From Dehalococcoidia bacterium (GTDB lineage Bacteria; Chloroflexota; Dehalococcoidia; Plut-88900): DNA of 64,000 nucleotides. The stretch spans positions 3,040,001 to 3,104,000 of the forward strand of contig OZ240215.1 in assembly GCA_965197585.1 (NCBI GenBank), written 5' to 3'. Of this stretch, positions 17,987 to 27,814 are shown one piece after another (positions within the stretch are counted from its first letter, which is position 1; each line of letters begins with the position of its first letter). Below the pieces are notes generated by a model. That model was not told where the DNA came from, made no database searches, and worked only from the letters and a program-made list of their open reading frames with translations. Position numbers and translations under genes: made by a program.

Positions 17987-19219
17987 ATGAAGCACTTGTG
18001 GGTCTTTCTGCTGGTCGGGGTGGTGTTTGGCGTGCTCGCTTGTGAGGACGAGGTCCCGACGGCGACACCGGCGCCAACGCCTGCACCGACTGCTGCTCCT
18101 TTACCCACATCGCTCTCGACCACTACGCCCACCCCAAGCCCCGCGGTTACTCCGACTCCTGCGCCGACGGCGAGCCCGACACCTACACTATCGCGCGCAG
18201 CGCAGATCCTCCAATCTGCCATTGAGAATTTGCGGGCGCAGGCATCTTTTCGGGTGTCGGCAGTCATAGAAAACGCTGCTGTCACTACCACCATCAATGC
18301 CGAGATCGCGCCTCCCGACAAGGGGTACGTGCACGAGTCCTGGGCCACCGGGATAGGGACAAATGCAGACGAGTTTCTGTTCGTGGATGGCCTTCCCTAC
18401 TCCCGTCCCCCCGGCTTCCAAGTGTGGTTCGACTACAGCGGGACGACCTGGGCCCGCAGGACAGCCCAGGATTTCCCTTATGATCTGGAACTCCTGGCTG
18501 AAGGGACAGGTGACCTGGAGGTGCAAAGCGCGGACTCTATAGACGGGCCTGTCTATAGAGTCACGGGTACGGCGACGAGGCGGCTCGATGAAGCGATGGG
18601 CTTCGACGTCGGGGCCCGGTCTAGGGGTGAGGTAACTGAGATTGATATATGGATAAGCCGGGACGACCTGCTTCCCCTGCGCATTGAGGCGCGTTTCGAC
18701 AAGAATGGCGAGTATTTCAACGCAGAGTACTCGGGGTTCGGGTTGGCAGTGGACATCTCCGCGCCCGAGTCGGTCCTGGACCTGGACTACCTGCAGGGCT
18801 TGCTGGACGGGACCCTTAACCCAGAGGAGAAAGGCCTCGTGGTCCGGGCGTTTCCGGCAGAAGGGCAGAAATGCGTGGAGGATGAAATCGGCGGCGCCCC
18901 TTACCAGGAACTGGTCTCGGGGACCAGCGACCTCGACAGCGTTTTATTGTGGGTCCTAGATCATTGCGAGGAGCCGATTTTCTCCTATTCCGACTTATTT
19001 GCCAGGAGCGGCATTGCCGAAGCTCTGTATAGCCTAGATCTCACTATTCTCACGATTCCACGCGGGGACATGACAGGAGACCTGGCCGAGTGTGTGAGGG
19101 AGTCCGTAGGGCTGGAAGCCCTTTTCGAGGTCGGGTGGGGGGAACGGCCCCCTACTGCGGAGGAGGTGGCAGCCGGAGAAATGTGCAAGATGTTAGCTGG
19201 GGAGGGAGGTATCCCTTAG
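17987..19219 (+). CDS. Lipoprotein (LppX/LprAFG-like fold) with P/T-rich linker
   Basis: VLAC lipobox, PT repeats, IWISRDDLLPLRIE; paralog of next gene. Confidence 0.7.
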   Translation: MKHLWVFLLVGVVFGVLACEDEVPTATPAPTPAPTAAPLPTSLSTTTPTPSPAVTPTPAPTASPTPTLSRAAQILQSAIENLRAQASFRVSAVIENAAVTTTINAEIAPPDKGYVHESWATGIGTNADEFLFVDGLPYSRPPGFQVWFDYSGTTWARRTAQDFPYDLELLAEGTGDLEVQSADSIDGPVYRVTGTATRRLDEAMGFDVGARSRGEVTEIDIWISRDDLLPLRIEARFDKNGEYFNAEYSGFGLAVDISAPESVLDLDYLQGLLDGTLNPEEKGLVVRAFPAEGQKCVEDEIGGAPYQELVSGTSDLDSVLLWVLDHCEEPIFSYSDLFARSGIAEALYSLDLTILTIPRGDMTGDLAECVRESVGLEALFEVGWGERPPTAEEVAAGEMCKMLAGEGGIP

Positions 19220-19252
19220 CGCGGCAGTCGGGGGCGTGCTAGGGTGTCGTGG

Positions 19253-20149
19253 ATGAAACCGGCTTTGCTGTTCGCCTGGGTTGCGCTGGCCTTTGGTGCG
19301 CTTGCGTGCGAAGGACTCTTGCTCACCCCAACTTCTGTGCCTGGATCTACTCCGGAGGACGCGCGCTCGATATTCCGCGCGGCTGATGAGAACCTGAAGG
19401 CCACCTCTTCCTTCCACGTCACTTTCACCGCCGAGGGGTCCGGCGCCGGCACACGAGCCGAAACCGACATCTTTCCTCTAGAGGGAGGGCGCTTCGTCAT
19501 ACAGATTCTCCTCGATGCCGCCGACAACGTCGAGATTGAGGTCATTCAGATTGGAGAGTCCCGGTACGCGCTATATCCCGGTTTCCAGGCGTGGTTTGAC
19601 TTTGGAGGCGAGACTCTTCACCGCAATTCCAACTTCCAGGACTTCCCCTATGACCTTGGCGGAATCCGGGAAACGGCGGAGAGCTTCGAGCTGCTGGGAG
19701 AGGGCATTATCGATAATGAGGATGCATACCAGCTCATTGCAGGGGGGTCGGGAGACCTCAGACAGGCCGTCGGTTTCGCCCCCGGGGTGGGAGAGGCGGA
19801 GTTGGAGATATGGATAAGCAAGCCGGACCTGCTTCCGCTGCGCATCGAGGCACGGGTGGAAGACCCCGAGACGATGTTTACCTCGGTTTATTCCGACTTC
19901 GGCACCAGCGTGAACGTCTCCGTGCCTGGGAATGTCATTCATGTCGGCTTGATCGACGGGCTGCTGGAAGGGGCCCTGAGCGCCGAGCAGTTGGGAGAGG
20001 TCATGCGGGCCCTTCCGGTGGCGGGACAGAAGTGCATCGAGGCGGAGATTGGGACGGATGTGTACCGGGAGGTGATCGGCGGCGATAGTGAGGAGGACTT
20101 CCTGGTGTTGACTGCGTTCCATAAATGCGAGAGCCAGATATTCCCGTAA
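19253..20149 (+). CDS. Lipoprotein paralog
   Basis: ALAC lipobox; shares PGFQxWFD, QDFPYDL, IWIS..DLLPLRIEAR, GQKC.E.EIG with 17987..19219. Confidence 0.7.
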   Translation: MKPALLFAWVALAFGALACEGLLLTPTSVPGSTPEDARSIFRAADENLKATSSFHVTFTAEGSGAGTRAETDIFPLEGGRFVIQILLDAADNVEIEVIQIGESRYALYPGFQAWFDFGGETLHRNSNFQDFPYDLGGIRETAESFELLGEGIIDNEDAYQLIAGGSGDLRQAVGFAPGVGEAELEIWISKPDLLPLRIEARVEDPETMFTSVYSDFGTSVNVSVPGNVIHVGLIDGLLEGALSAEQLGEVMRALPVAGQKCIEAEIGTDVYREVIGGDSEEDFLVLTAFHKCESQIFP

Positions 20150-20184
20150 GTGTGTGGGGTGTGTGACAGGCGTGGGCCACCCCT

Positions 20185-20220
20185 CGCTCGACCCTTCGAC
20201 TCGCCGCTCAGGGTGAGCGG
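20185..20220. repeat. REP-like repeat family C (CGCTCGACCCTTCGAC...GCTCAGGGTGAGCGG)
   Basis: Second copy at 22122-22176 carries a 21-nt insertion. Confidence 0.7.
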
Positions 20221-20276
20221 CCCCTCCCCGAACAACTAGAATAGAGATTGGCAGACGAAACATCAGGAGGTGAAGC

Positions 20277-20675
20277 ATGTCGGAAAGGTCACAGGTAGAG
20301 AGTGGAAGGCCCCTGGAGACTAAGTTCGGGTTTTGCAGGGCCGTCAGGGTCGACAACCCGACCAGCCACATATTCATCGCCGGCAACGCTTCGACGTCGG
20401 CGGACGGGTCGGTGTTTGCACCCGGTGATTACTACGCTCAGACGAAGCACATCCTCGGGCTGATCGAGGGTTACCTGAAGCAGGCGGGCGGCTCGCTGGA
20501 GAATGTGGTCAGGACGAGGGTCTTCGTGGTCGACGTACAGAACCACGCCGAGGAGGTCGGGATTGCCCACGGAGAGGTCTTCGGCAACATCAAGCCGGTC
20601 TGCACGCTTCTCGGCACCGACGCCCTCGTCCATCCCGACATGGTCGTGGAGATAGACGCCGATGCCGTCATCTAA
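20277..20675 (+). CDS. RidA/YjgF family protein
   Basis: GFCRAVRV, LENVVRTRVFV, LVHPDMVVEIDADA; AGGAGG RBS. Confidence 0.9.
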   Translation: MSERSQVESGRPLETKFGFCRAVRVDNPTSHIFIAGNASTSADGSVFAPGDYYAQTKHILGLIEGYLKQAGGSLENVVRTRVFVVDVQNHAEEVGIAHGEVFGNIKPVCTLLGTDALVHPDMVVEIDADAVI

Positions 20676-20790
20676 CCCTGGGTAGACAGCCTAAAGAATG
20701 CTTGGCATTTCTTAGGGGCGATATACGCAGTTAGGCAACTTGGGAGCGGGTTGCGAGGGCTGTATCCTCGGCACATCCTTGGATTAAAAC

Positions 20791-20979
20791 TCACTTTTTT
20801 CTACGTTTGCGTTTCTTATCGGCCTTCCGTCGCAAAGCTGCCTCCAGGGGCGTTTCATTTGCATGGGGCAGGCCGAGCTTGTCTAGTCGCTTATTCGTGC
20901 ACTGCTGGCAGGAGCACGCATTGGGATGCCTTTTTTCGTTACGCTTGCCAGTCTGATAGGCATGGTCCCGGTCCAACAT
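20791..20979 (-). CDS. Small basic hypothetical protein with HxxxCxCxxC
   Basis: AGGAG upstream; Lys/Arg-rich tail; no family recognised. Confidence 0.35.
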   Translation of the reverse strand: MLDRDHAYQTGKRNEKRHPNACSCQQCTNKRLDKLGLPHANETPLEAALRRKADKKRKRRKK

Positions 20980-21020
20980 AACAGTCAAACTCCTAGTGTT
21001 GAGTGAGGGCCGTTCTGCGT

Positions 21021-21848
21021 TTAGCTCACGGCGTATTTGTCGCCGCGCTCCTCGACTCGGCCTTCGTTGACGAGTTTGATAAGGTGCACCTTGACCTGGC
21101 CCTCGGCCTCGGAGAGGAGATCCTTGTCGAGTTCAGGGTAGATGGCCTTGACGAGGCTTTCGATGGTGTCCCGGCCCTCGGAGAGGTAGGTGAGGACCTG
21201 TTTCTCCCGCTCCATCCGGTGGTCTAAAAGCTCCTTGATCTTTGCCTGGGGCTGGTTCACCGGAGACCCGTGGCCCGGGTATAGGGCGCTGATATCCAGT
21301 GGCTGAAGCTTGCGCAGGGAGTCGATGTACTTTGCCATGTCCCCGCGGTCTGGGCTGACGGCGGTGGTGCCGGTGCCGAGAATGTGGTCGCCGGTAAAGA
21401 GGGACCGGTTGCTGCGGTTGAGGACGCAGGTGTGGCCGTGGGTGTGGCCCGGGGTGTGAATCAGATCCAGCTCGACGCCCCCTAGGTTGATCACGTCACC
21501 GTCCTCAAAAGCCTCGTCGACGCGGGTGTCCTCAAAAGCCTCGTTGGCCGTGTCGGCGTCATCTCGGTGGATGATGATTTTGGCCCCGGACAGCTGTTTC
21601 AACCGCTCTGCGCCGCCAAGGTGGTCGGGGTGGGGGTGGGTAAGGATGATGTATCGGAAATCGGGGTTGCCGAGCTCTTTGAGCTGGTCGAGCCTGCTGT
21701 TAATGGAATTGTCGTCCCCGTTGCCCGTGTCGATGAGAACGCCTTCGCCCTCGGTGAGGAGGTAGGAGTTGGGCGGGTAGTGTTTGAAGAAGAATGATCC
21801 GTCCTCTATAGGGACGTGGAGGGAGTGAAGGCCGGGGGCTAGCTCCAT
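21021..21848 (-). CDS. MBL-fold metallo-hydrolase (LACTB2-like)
   Basis: THPHPDH, TPGHT, FTGDHILG, YPGHG, C-terminal winged-helix segment. Confidence 0.9.
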   Translation of the reverse strand: MELAPGLHSLHVPIEDGSFFFKHYPPNSYLLTEGEGVLIDTGNGDDNSINSRLDQLKELGNPDFRYIILTHPHPDHLGGAERLKQLSGAKIIIHRDDADTANEAFEDTRVDEAFEDGDVINLGGVELDLIHTPGHTHGHTCVLNRSNRSLFTGDHILGTGTTAVSPDRGDMAKYIDSLRKLQPLDISALYPGHGSPVNQPQAKIKELLDHRMEREKQVLTYLSEGRDTIESLVKAIYPELDKDLLSEAEGQVKVHLIKLVNEGRVEERGDKYAVS

Positions 21849-21953
21849 TTTGGGGCTCCTTGTATAGCGGTGTCAGGTTGAAAGGATATGGGGGGAGAGG
21901 GTGGGGACGCAAGGGGTTGGTGGCACAGTGGGGGAGGGAGGTCTCGGTGGGGG

Positions 21954-21976
21954 CTTTTGATTGACTCAATCAAAAG
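21954..21976. promoter_or_regulatory. Perfect 23-bp palindrome, candidate operator
   Basis: CTTTTGATTGA-C-TCAATCAAAAG, 11-bp arms. Confidence 0.55.
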
Positions 21977-22142
21977 TTCGTGCCTGTATGATTGTTCTCC
22001 GGGAAAATTGTTCGCCATCTTTCTGGGATGGGGGAGCCGGCGATGGCGATGGAGATTGGATGGGCATGGGAGATTGCGGTTCCTTTCGTGGGTGGTGGTG
22101 GCTTTTGTGGGCGCTTCGATGCGCTCGACCCTTCGACGCTGC

Positions 22143-22805
22143 TCACGCCACGGCGCATCTTCGACAGGGTGAGCGGGTGAATGGGGGGGCTGGGGAGGGG
22201 ATGGAAGGTCCCGGACGGTTGCGCAGAAAGACGGCGACGCCTGCACCGATGCCTGTGGTTCGCCACAGCGGATGTTCCACATCGGCGACGACTCTGCGAC
22301 AGCCCCGAGCTTCTGGGAGGATGTGGAGGAGACGCGAGGAAATCTCGGTGTGGGGCAGTCTCGACCACCAGAAGTGCCCGACCATTCGGAGATATGGGGG
22401 CGTGGACTCGATACCGTCGCTGGGTGGAATGAGCTCTCCGAGGGCTACGACGGCGGAGTCTCTGGGCACAATGGCCCTGTTGAGCAGCATGACACCGTGC
22501 TCGTGGGCGTCGCCTGAGGGGGCGAGGATGGTGCGCCGGGTAAGTGGGGCGCGCACTTGGCAGGGGCACTTGGAAAGGGCAAGCCAGTTTTTGTCCGGGA
22601 ACCTTCCATAGCCGGTCACTGGGACCGGGCGGAACGATGATTGATCGCTGCGGAGGCGGAGGCGTTCGGCCTTGGGGCAGCGCGTGTAGTGGGTGTTGAG
22701 ATGGGGACAGGGCGAATAGGGATTGGGGAGGAGGCGCGTGCCGGTTGCCGGGCGGTCCCATACCGCACGGGGACGACGGGGCCTATGTAGGCTTATGCAA
22801 CTCAT
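22143..22805 (-). pseudogene. Probable decayed terminase-large-subunit nuclease fragment
   Basis: RDSAVV...HFWW..LPH...CRRVVAD[7-aa insert]TGIGAGVAVFL; removing 21 nt restores DATGIG; N-terminal half looks non-coding. Confidence 0.45.
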
Positions 22806-22884
22806 GGGACTCCTTCCGCCAGAGGCGGATGTTCCATATTCCTTATCCTGATTAGGGCCGACATGGGTGTCGGGCCTGCGGGAG

Positions 22885-22914
22885 AATATAGTACAAAAGT
22901 TTTGATTGGGTCAA
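22885..22914 (-). promoter_or_regulatory. Promoter with LexA-type box
   Basis: TTGACC-18 bp-TATATT on minus strand; GTAC-N4-GTTT (22891-22902) abuts the -10. Confidence 0.5.
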
Positions 22915-22988
22915 GGGGGTGATGTCACAATGGGGAGGGCTGGTGGCACAGGGGAGAGGGATGGATAGGCCGTACTCCGGGGGTCGAC

Positions 22989-24809
22989 TTGTATAATGGA
23001 CGGACGGTCTATGGTCAGGCAAAGTTGGGGGTAACCAAATTGTCTAAAGCGACAAGACAGCTGAATCCCCTGCGTCTCTGCGTCCTTGGCCTGATTCTCC
23101 TGGCCTTCCTCGCCGCCTGCAGTTCCGACGCACCGTCGGCGACTCCTACCTCCGACAGACCTACGGCCACGATCTCACCCACGGCCACCGTCTTGCCTAC
23201 CGCCATCCTCTCGACCACTGCGGCGCCCACACCTCCCAGCACACCACCCGACCTGGACAGGGAAGCGCTGGTTGCCCTCTTCAATGCCACGGATGGTGAA
23301 AACTGGGAGAACAACGAAAACTGGCTGACCGACGCGCCACTCGGCGAATGGCGCGGCGTCACTACTAACGGCAAAGGCCGCGTTGTCGAACTGTATCTCA
23401 AAGGGAACAGGCTGAGTGGAGAGATACCGGCGGAGTTGGGCAACCTCACCAACCTGGAATCTCTGGACCTCGGCGGGAACGGGCTTAGCGGTGGGATACC
23501 GGCAGAGCTGGGCGACCTCACCAACCTGAAGTTCCTGAACCTCAACGGGAACGGGCTTAGCGGTGGGATACCGGCAGAGTTGGGCAGCCTCACCAACCTG
23601 GAAACGCTGAAACTCGGCGATAGCGGATTGAGCGGGGAGATACCGGTGGAGCTGGGCAACCTCGTCAACCTGTGGTGGCTGGACATCAGCGGGAACGGGT
23701 TGAATGGGGAGATACCGGTGGAGTTGGGCAACCTCGTCAACCTGTGGTGGCTGGACATCAGCGGGAACAGGTTGAATGGGGAGATACCGGTGGAGTTGGG
23801 CAACCTCGTCAACCTGGAAGAGTTGCACCTCAGCAATAACCGGTTAAGTGGGGAGATACCGGTAGAGTTAGGCACGCTAGTGCACCTGAGAATACTGTCC
23901 CTCGACGGAAACAATTTGAGCGGTGCAATCCCACCGGAGTTTGGCGACCTCACTAGCCTTGAATCCTTGTCCCTCGATGATAACAAGCTGACTGGAGAGG
24001 TCCCACCGGAGTGGGATAACCTTGCCAGTCTGGTACTACTGACCCTCAACTCGAGCCAGCTAAACGATTGTATATCGGACCTGGTGTACGAAGCGCTTCG
24101 TGATAGGGGCAGCGTCAGGCAATGCGTTGCCGTAGAGACAGGCGAGAACGAAGCGCTGGTCGCCTTGTACAATGCCACTGACGGTCCAAACTGGAATCGC
24201 AATGACAACTGGGGGAGCAGCGCTCCGATCAGCGATTGGTGGGGCGTATCTACTGACCGCGACGGCCGTGTGGCAAGATTAGACCTCTTCCGGAACGGGT
24301 TGAGCGGGGAGTTGCCGCCGGAATTAGGTAGCCTTTCCAACATGAGATCGCTGAGGCTCGTCAGAAATAAATTGAGTGGAGAGATTCCACCCGAGTTGGG
24401 CAATCTGGCTAAGCTGAGAATTTTGCAACTGGAGGGGAACGGGTTGAGCGGAGAGGTACCGCCGGAGTTGGGTGACCTCGCCAACCTTAGAGTGCTGAAA
24501 CTGTCACTGAACGGGTTGAGCGGGAAGATACCGATGGAGTTGGGTGACCTAACCAGTCTGCAGGTAATGCAACTAGGCTATAACCAGTTGAGTGGGGAGA
24601 TTCCGCCGGAGATTGAGAACCTCACCGATCTGCGCTGGCTGCATTTCAGCCGAAATGAGTTAATCGGGGAAGTGCCGGCGGAGTTGGGCAACCTCACCAA
24701 CCTGAGCAGGTTAAACATCAGCCAGAACCAATTGCGCGGGTGCATACCACCCAGTCTGCAATACAAGTTGGATTCAGTCAGTAAGCTAGGTGGTCTGCCT
24801 TACTGCTAA
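22989..24809 (+). CDS. Leucine-rich-repeat lipoprotein (plant-type 24-aa LRR)
   Basis: LAAC lipobox, P/T linker, two EALVAL(F/Y)NATDG..W..W.GV caps, many LxLxxNxLSGEIPxELGNL repeats; start probably near 23040. Confidence 0.9.
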   Translation: MYNGRTVYGQAKLGVTKLSKATRQLNPLRLCVLGLILLAFLAACSSDAPSATPTSDRPTATISPTATVLPTAILSTTAAPTPPSTPPDLDREALVALFNATDGENWENNENWLTDAPLGEWRGVTTNGKGRVVELYLKGNRLSGEIPAELGNLTNLESLDLGGNGLSGGIPAELGDLTNLKFLNLNGNGLSGGIPAELGSLTNLETLKLGDSGLSGEIPVELGNLVNLWWLDISGNGLNGEIPVELGNLVNLWWLDISGNRLNGEIPVELGNLVNLEELHLSNNRLSGEIPVELGTLVHLRILSLDGNNLSGAIPPEFGDLTSLESLSLDDNKLTGEVPPEWDNLASLVLLTLNSSQLNDCISDLVYEALRDRGSVRQCVAVETGENEALVALYNATDGPNWNRNDNWGSSAPISDWWGVSTDRDGRVARLDLFRNGLSGELPPELGSLSNMRSLRLVRNKLSGEIPPELGNLAKLRILQLEGNGLSGEVPPELGDLANLRVLKLSLNGLSGKIPMELGDLTSLQVMQLGYNQLSGEIPPEIENLTDLRWLHFSRNELIGEVPAELGNLTNLSRLNISQNQLRGCIPPSLQYKLDSVSKLGGLPYC

Positions 24810-25104
24810 GTGCCCGATACCCCTATATGGCGCTAGCCCCCACCCCCTGTGACACGACCCCCTTGCTCTCCCTACCCCACCCCTTGTATCGTTGGTTCAT
24901 ATTAACTGTGGCTACATCTGGCTGTCCCCGCATGCAGCAACAATCGGGGCGCCGCACCATTTTCCGCTACCTTTCCCCTTTAAGTCGGCCCACACTCGCC
25001 ACCCGACGAACAATCAACCACATAGCTAGTTTCCTTGATTGCCCGCGTCGGCTTTGATAGTCATATGTCAACTTTGTCGGTTGCGCCGCACGGCCACGCT
25101 ACAT

Positions 25105-25134
25105 TTGACCCCCCTTCGCGTACGTCCATATAAT
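25105..25134 (+). promoter_or_regulatory. pheS promoter
   Basis: TTGACC-18 bp-TATAAT. Confidence 0.6.
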
Positions 25135-25173
25135 TGCCCCGTAATTTCGTAGCCCCTTTTTCGTAGATTCACC

Positions 25174-26211
25174 ATGATGCAGCAGGTTGAAGAGCTTACT
25201 TCCAGGGCCCTTTCGGAGCTTGAGCCGTTGGCCGAGCCCGAGGCGCTGGAGCAGTGGCGCGTCTCGTATCTCGGGAGGAAGGGGTCGCTGACGCAACTGC
25301 TGAGGGGGGTGAGCTCGTTGCCGGTGGAGGAGAGACGGGATGCGGGGTCGGCGGCGAATAGGGCAAAGAACCGGCTAGAGGGGGCCCTTTCCGACAAGGA
25401 GGAGGTGCTCAAGCAGCAGGAGCTTTCCAAGAGGCTCGGGGAGGCCATCGACGTCACGCTGCCGGGCCATCCCGTCGAGCTGGGACGCCTGCACCCGACC
25501 ACTCAGATGCTCCGGGAGATATGCGAGGCCTTCAACAGCATGGGGTTCCAGGTGGTCGAGGGACCGGAGGTCGAGTGGGACTACTACAACTTCGAGGCGC
25601 TGAACATCCCCCAGGGCCACCCGGCCCGAGACATGTGGGACACCCTCTGGATAGACTACGAGACCGACGACGGCCAGCGGCCGATGCTGCTCCGTACACA
25701 TACCTCGCCGATGCAGATACGGGTGATGGAGAGCCGGGAGCCGCCCATCCGGGTGATAGTCCCCGGCCGCGTGTACCGCTACGAGGCCACCGACGCCACC
25801 CACGAAAGCATCTTCTTCCAGGTTGAGGGCCTCGCTGTCGACAAGGGGATAACCTTCGCCGACCTGAAGGGCACTCTGTTTCAGTTCGCCAGGATGCTCT
25901 TCGGCGCCGAGCGGAAGGTCAGGTTCCGCTGCGACTACTTCCCCTTCGTCGAGCCGGGCGTCGACATGTCCATCGACTGCTTCCTCTGCGAGGGCCGAGG
26001 GTGCCGGGTGTGTAGCGGGACAGGGTGGATAGAGATAATGGGAGCGGGCATGGTGCACCCCAAGGTACTTGAGCGCGTGGGCTATGATCCCAGCGTGTAC
26101 ACGGGGTTCGCGTTCGGGCTCGGGCCTGAGCGGATTGCCATGCTCAAGTACGGCATAGACGACATCAGGCTTTTCTATTCGAACGACATACGGTTCCTTA
26201 GACAGTTTTAG
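25174..26211 (+). CDS. pheS: Phenylalanine-tRNA ligase alpha subunit
   Basis: [42 protein letters not shown]. Confidence 0.98.
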   Translation: MMQQVEELTSRALSELEPLAEPEALEQWRVSYLGRKGSLTQLLRGVSSLPVEERRDAGSAANRAKNRLEGALSDKEEVLKQQELSKRLGEAIDVTLPGHPVELGRLHPTTQMLREICEAFNSMGFQVVEGPEVEWDYYNFEALNIPQGHPARDMWDTLWIDYETDDGQRPMLLRTHTSPMQIRVMESREPPIRVIVPGRVYRYEATDATHESIFFQVEGLAVDKGITFADLKGTLFQFARMLFGAERKVRFRCDYFPFVEPGVDMSIDCFLCEGRGCRVCSGTGWIEIMGAGMVHPKVLERVGYDPSVYTGFAFGLGPERIAMLKYGIDDIRLFYSNDIRFLRQF

Positions 26212-26221
26212 GAGGCCCGTC

Positions 26222-27679
26222 ATGGTAAGCACTATGCCGTCCCGTTCCCAGGAGATAAGGAGCAAGCTGCGCCACCCGATAATCGACTCGGACGGGCACA
26301 ACCTGGAGCTGAACCCCGCCCTGCTGGACTACGTGCAGGACATCGGCGGTCGGGACGTCAGGGACCGTTTCGGGGAGATGCTGAAGTTCAGCGAGAAGCA
26401 AGAGTGGGTCGAGATGTCCGACGAGGCCCGGCGCTACAACTGGCTCACCGCCCCGGCGTGGTGGGGGATGCCGGCCAAGAACACCTATGACCGGGCCACT
26501 GCGTCGCTGCCTAACCTGTTGCACCGTAGAATGGACGAGCTTGGCATCGACTACGCGGTGATTTACCCGACTTGGCGCCCGGGCCTGATGCGCTTCCAGG
26601 ACGAGAGTGACGACGATATAAGGCGCATCTCCTGCCGGGCCTTGAACGCCTACCACGCCGACATCTACGGCGAGTATTCGGACCGCATGACCCCCGCGGC
26701 CATGATCCCCATGTACACGCCTGAGGAAGCCATCGACGAGCTGGAGTATTCGATTAAGACGCTTAAGCTGAAGGTCCCGGTGATCGCGAGCCTCGTGCGC
26801 CGGACTATACCGAAGCTGGAGGCCGAGGCCCCGGGCATAGCCCATCACGTGCATCGGCTGGACCCCCTGGGCCTGGACAGCGACTACGACTACGATCCGT
26901 TCTGGGCCAAGTGCATGGACCTTGGGACTGCTCCGGCGTGCCACGCCAGCGCGTTCGAATGGGAGGCGCAGGGCTCGATATCCAGCTACGTGTACAACCA
27001 CATCGGCGCGTTCGCAAAGGCCAGCGAGGCGTTCTGCAAGGCCATGTTCATGGGCGGCGTGACCAGGCGGTTCCCCGATCTGAACGTAGCCTTCCTGGAG
27101 GGTGGGGTGGGGTGGGCCTGTTCGTTGTACGCGGGGATCATCTCTCACTGGGAGAAGCGGAACAGCCGCGAGATCTGGAAGCTCGACCCCAACACCGTCG
27201 ACAAGGACATGATGCTCGGTCTGATCGACAAACATGGGCACAAGTCGATGCAGTCTAGGCGGGATGACATCGGGCGGATGATCGACGCAGGAGACGCGAC
27301 TCCCCGCCAGGTCGACGACTGGCACCGCGTGCAGATGGAATCGAAAGAGGAGATGCACGACCTGTTCGTCAAGCCGTTCTACTTCGGGTGCGAAGCTGAT
27401 GACCCGATGAACTCCTGGGCCTTCAACTCGAAGGTGAATCCGATGGGTGCGAAGTTGAAAGCCGTGTTCAGCTCGGATATCGGGCACTGGGACGTGCCGG
27501 ACATGCGGGAGGTGGTGGAGGAGGCCTACGAGATGGTCGAGCACGAATTGATGACCGACTCGGACTTTGAGGACTTCGTATTCACCAACGCCGTCCACCT
27601 GTACGCAGACATGAACCCGGACTTCTTCAAGGGCACGGCGGTGGAGTCGGATGCAGCCAAGGTATTGAATGGGGTGTGA
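26222..27679 (+). CDS. Amidohydrolase_2 family protein (copy A)
   Basis: IIDSDGH, YDYDPFW, AFLEGGVGW, FGCEADDP, FSSDIGHWDVPD. Confidence 0.9.
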   Translation: MVSTMPSRSQEIRSKLRHPIIDSDGHNLELNPALLDYVQDIGGRDVRDRFGEMLKFSEKQEWVEMSDEARRYNWLTAPAWWGMPAKNTYDRATASLPNLLHRRMDELGIDYAVIYPTWRPGLMRFQDESDDDIRRISCRALNAYHADIYGEYSDRMTPAAMIPMYTPEEAIDELEYSIKTLKLKVPVIASLVRRTIPKLEAEAPGIAHHVHRLDPLGLDSDYDYDPFWAKCMDLGTAPACHASAFEWEAQGSISSYVYNHIGAFAKASEAFCKAMFMGGVTRRFPDLNVAFLEGGVGWACSLYAGIISHWEKRNSREIWKLDPNTVDKDMMLGLIDKHGHKSMQSRRDDIGRMIDAGDATPRQVDDWHRVQMESKEEMHDLFVKPFYFGCEADDPMNSWAFNSKVNPMGAKLKAVFSSDIGHWDVPDMREVVEEAYEMVEHELMTDSDFEDFVFTNAVHLYADMNPDFFKGTAVESDAAKVLNGV

Positions 27680-27687
27680 GATGGAAT

Positions 27688-27798
27688 ACCCTCACCCTAG
27701 CCCTCTCAAGCCTCGGCGCACCTGCGACCCATCGAGGGAGAGGGGATTGGACCCCTCTCCGCCCTGCCTCTGGGTTCCTGCCTCTGTAGTAATGACGG
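27688..27798. repeat. Family A repeat with 21-nt insertion, plus degenerate family B repeat
   Basis: ACCCTCACCCTAGCCCTCTC[21 nt]CCATCGAGGGAGAGGGG then CTCTGGGTTCCTGC...AATGACGG. Confidence 0.7.
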
Positions 27799-27814
27799 GA
27801 GAAGAGATCGGAGA

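Noticed and set aside
21839-22761. Overlapping Pro/Gly/Arg-rich ORFs
   Set aside because: Low-complexity translations of G-rich, repeat-laden DNA
23400-24740. 72-nt periodic repeats as a CRISPR array
   Set aside because: They are in-frame LRR coding repeats, with no unique spacers or cas genes
24810-25173. T-box leader upstream of pheS
   Set aside because: No T-box consensus, and the promoter lies only ~40 nt from the start
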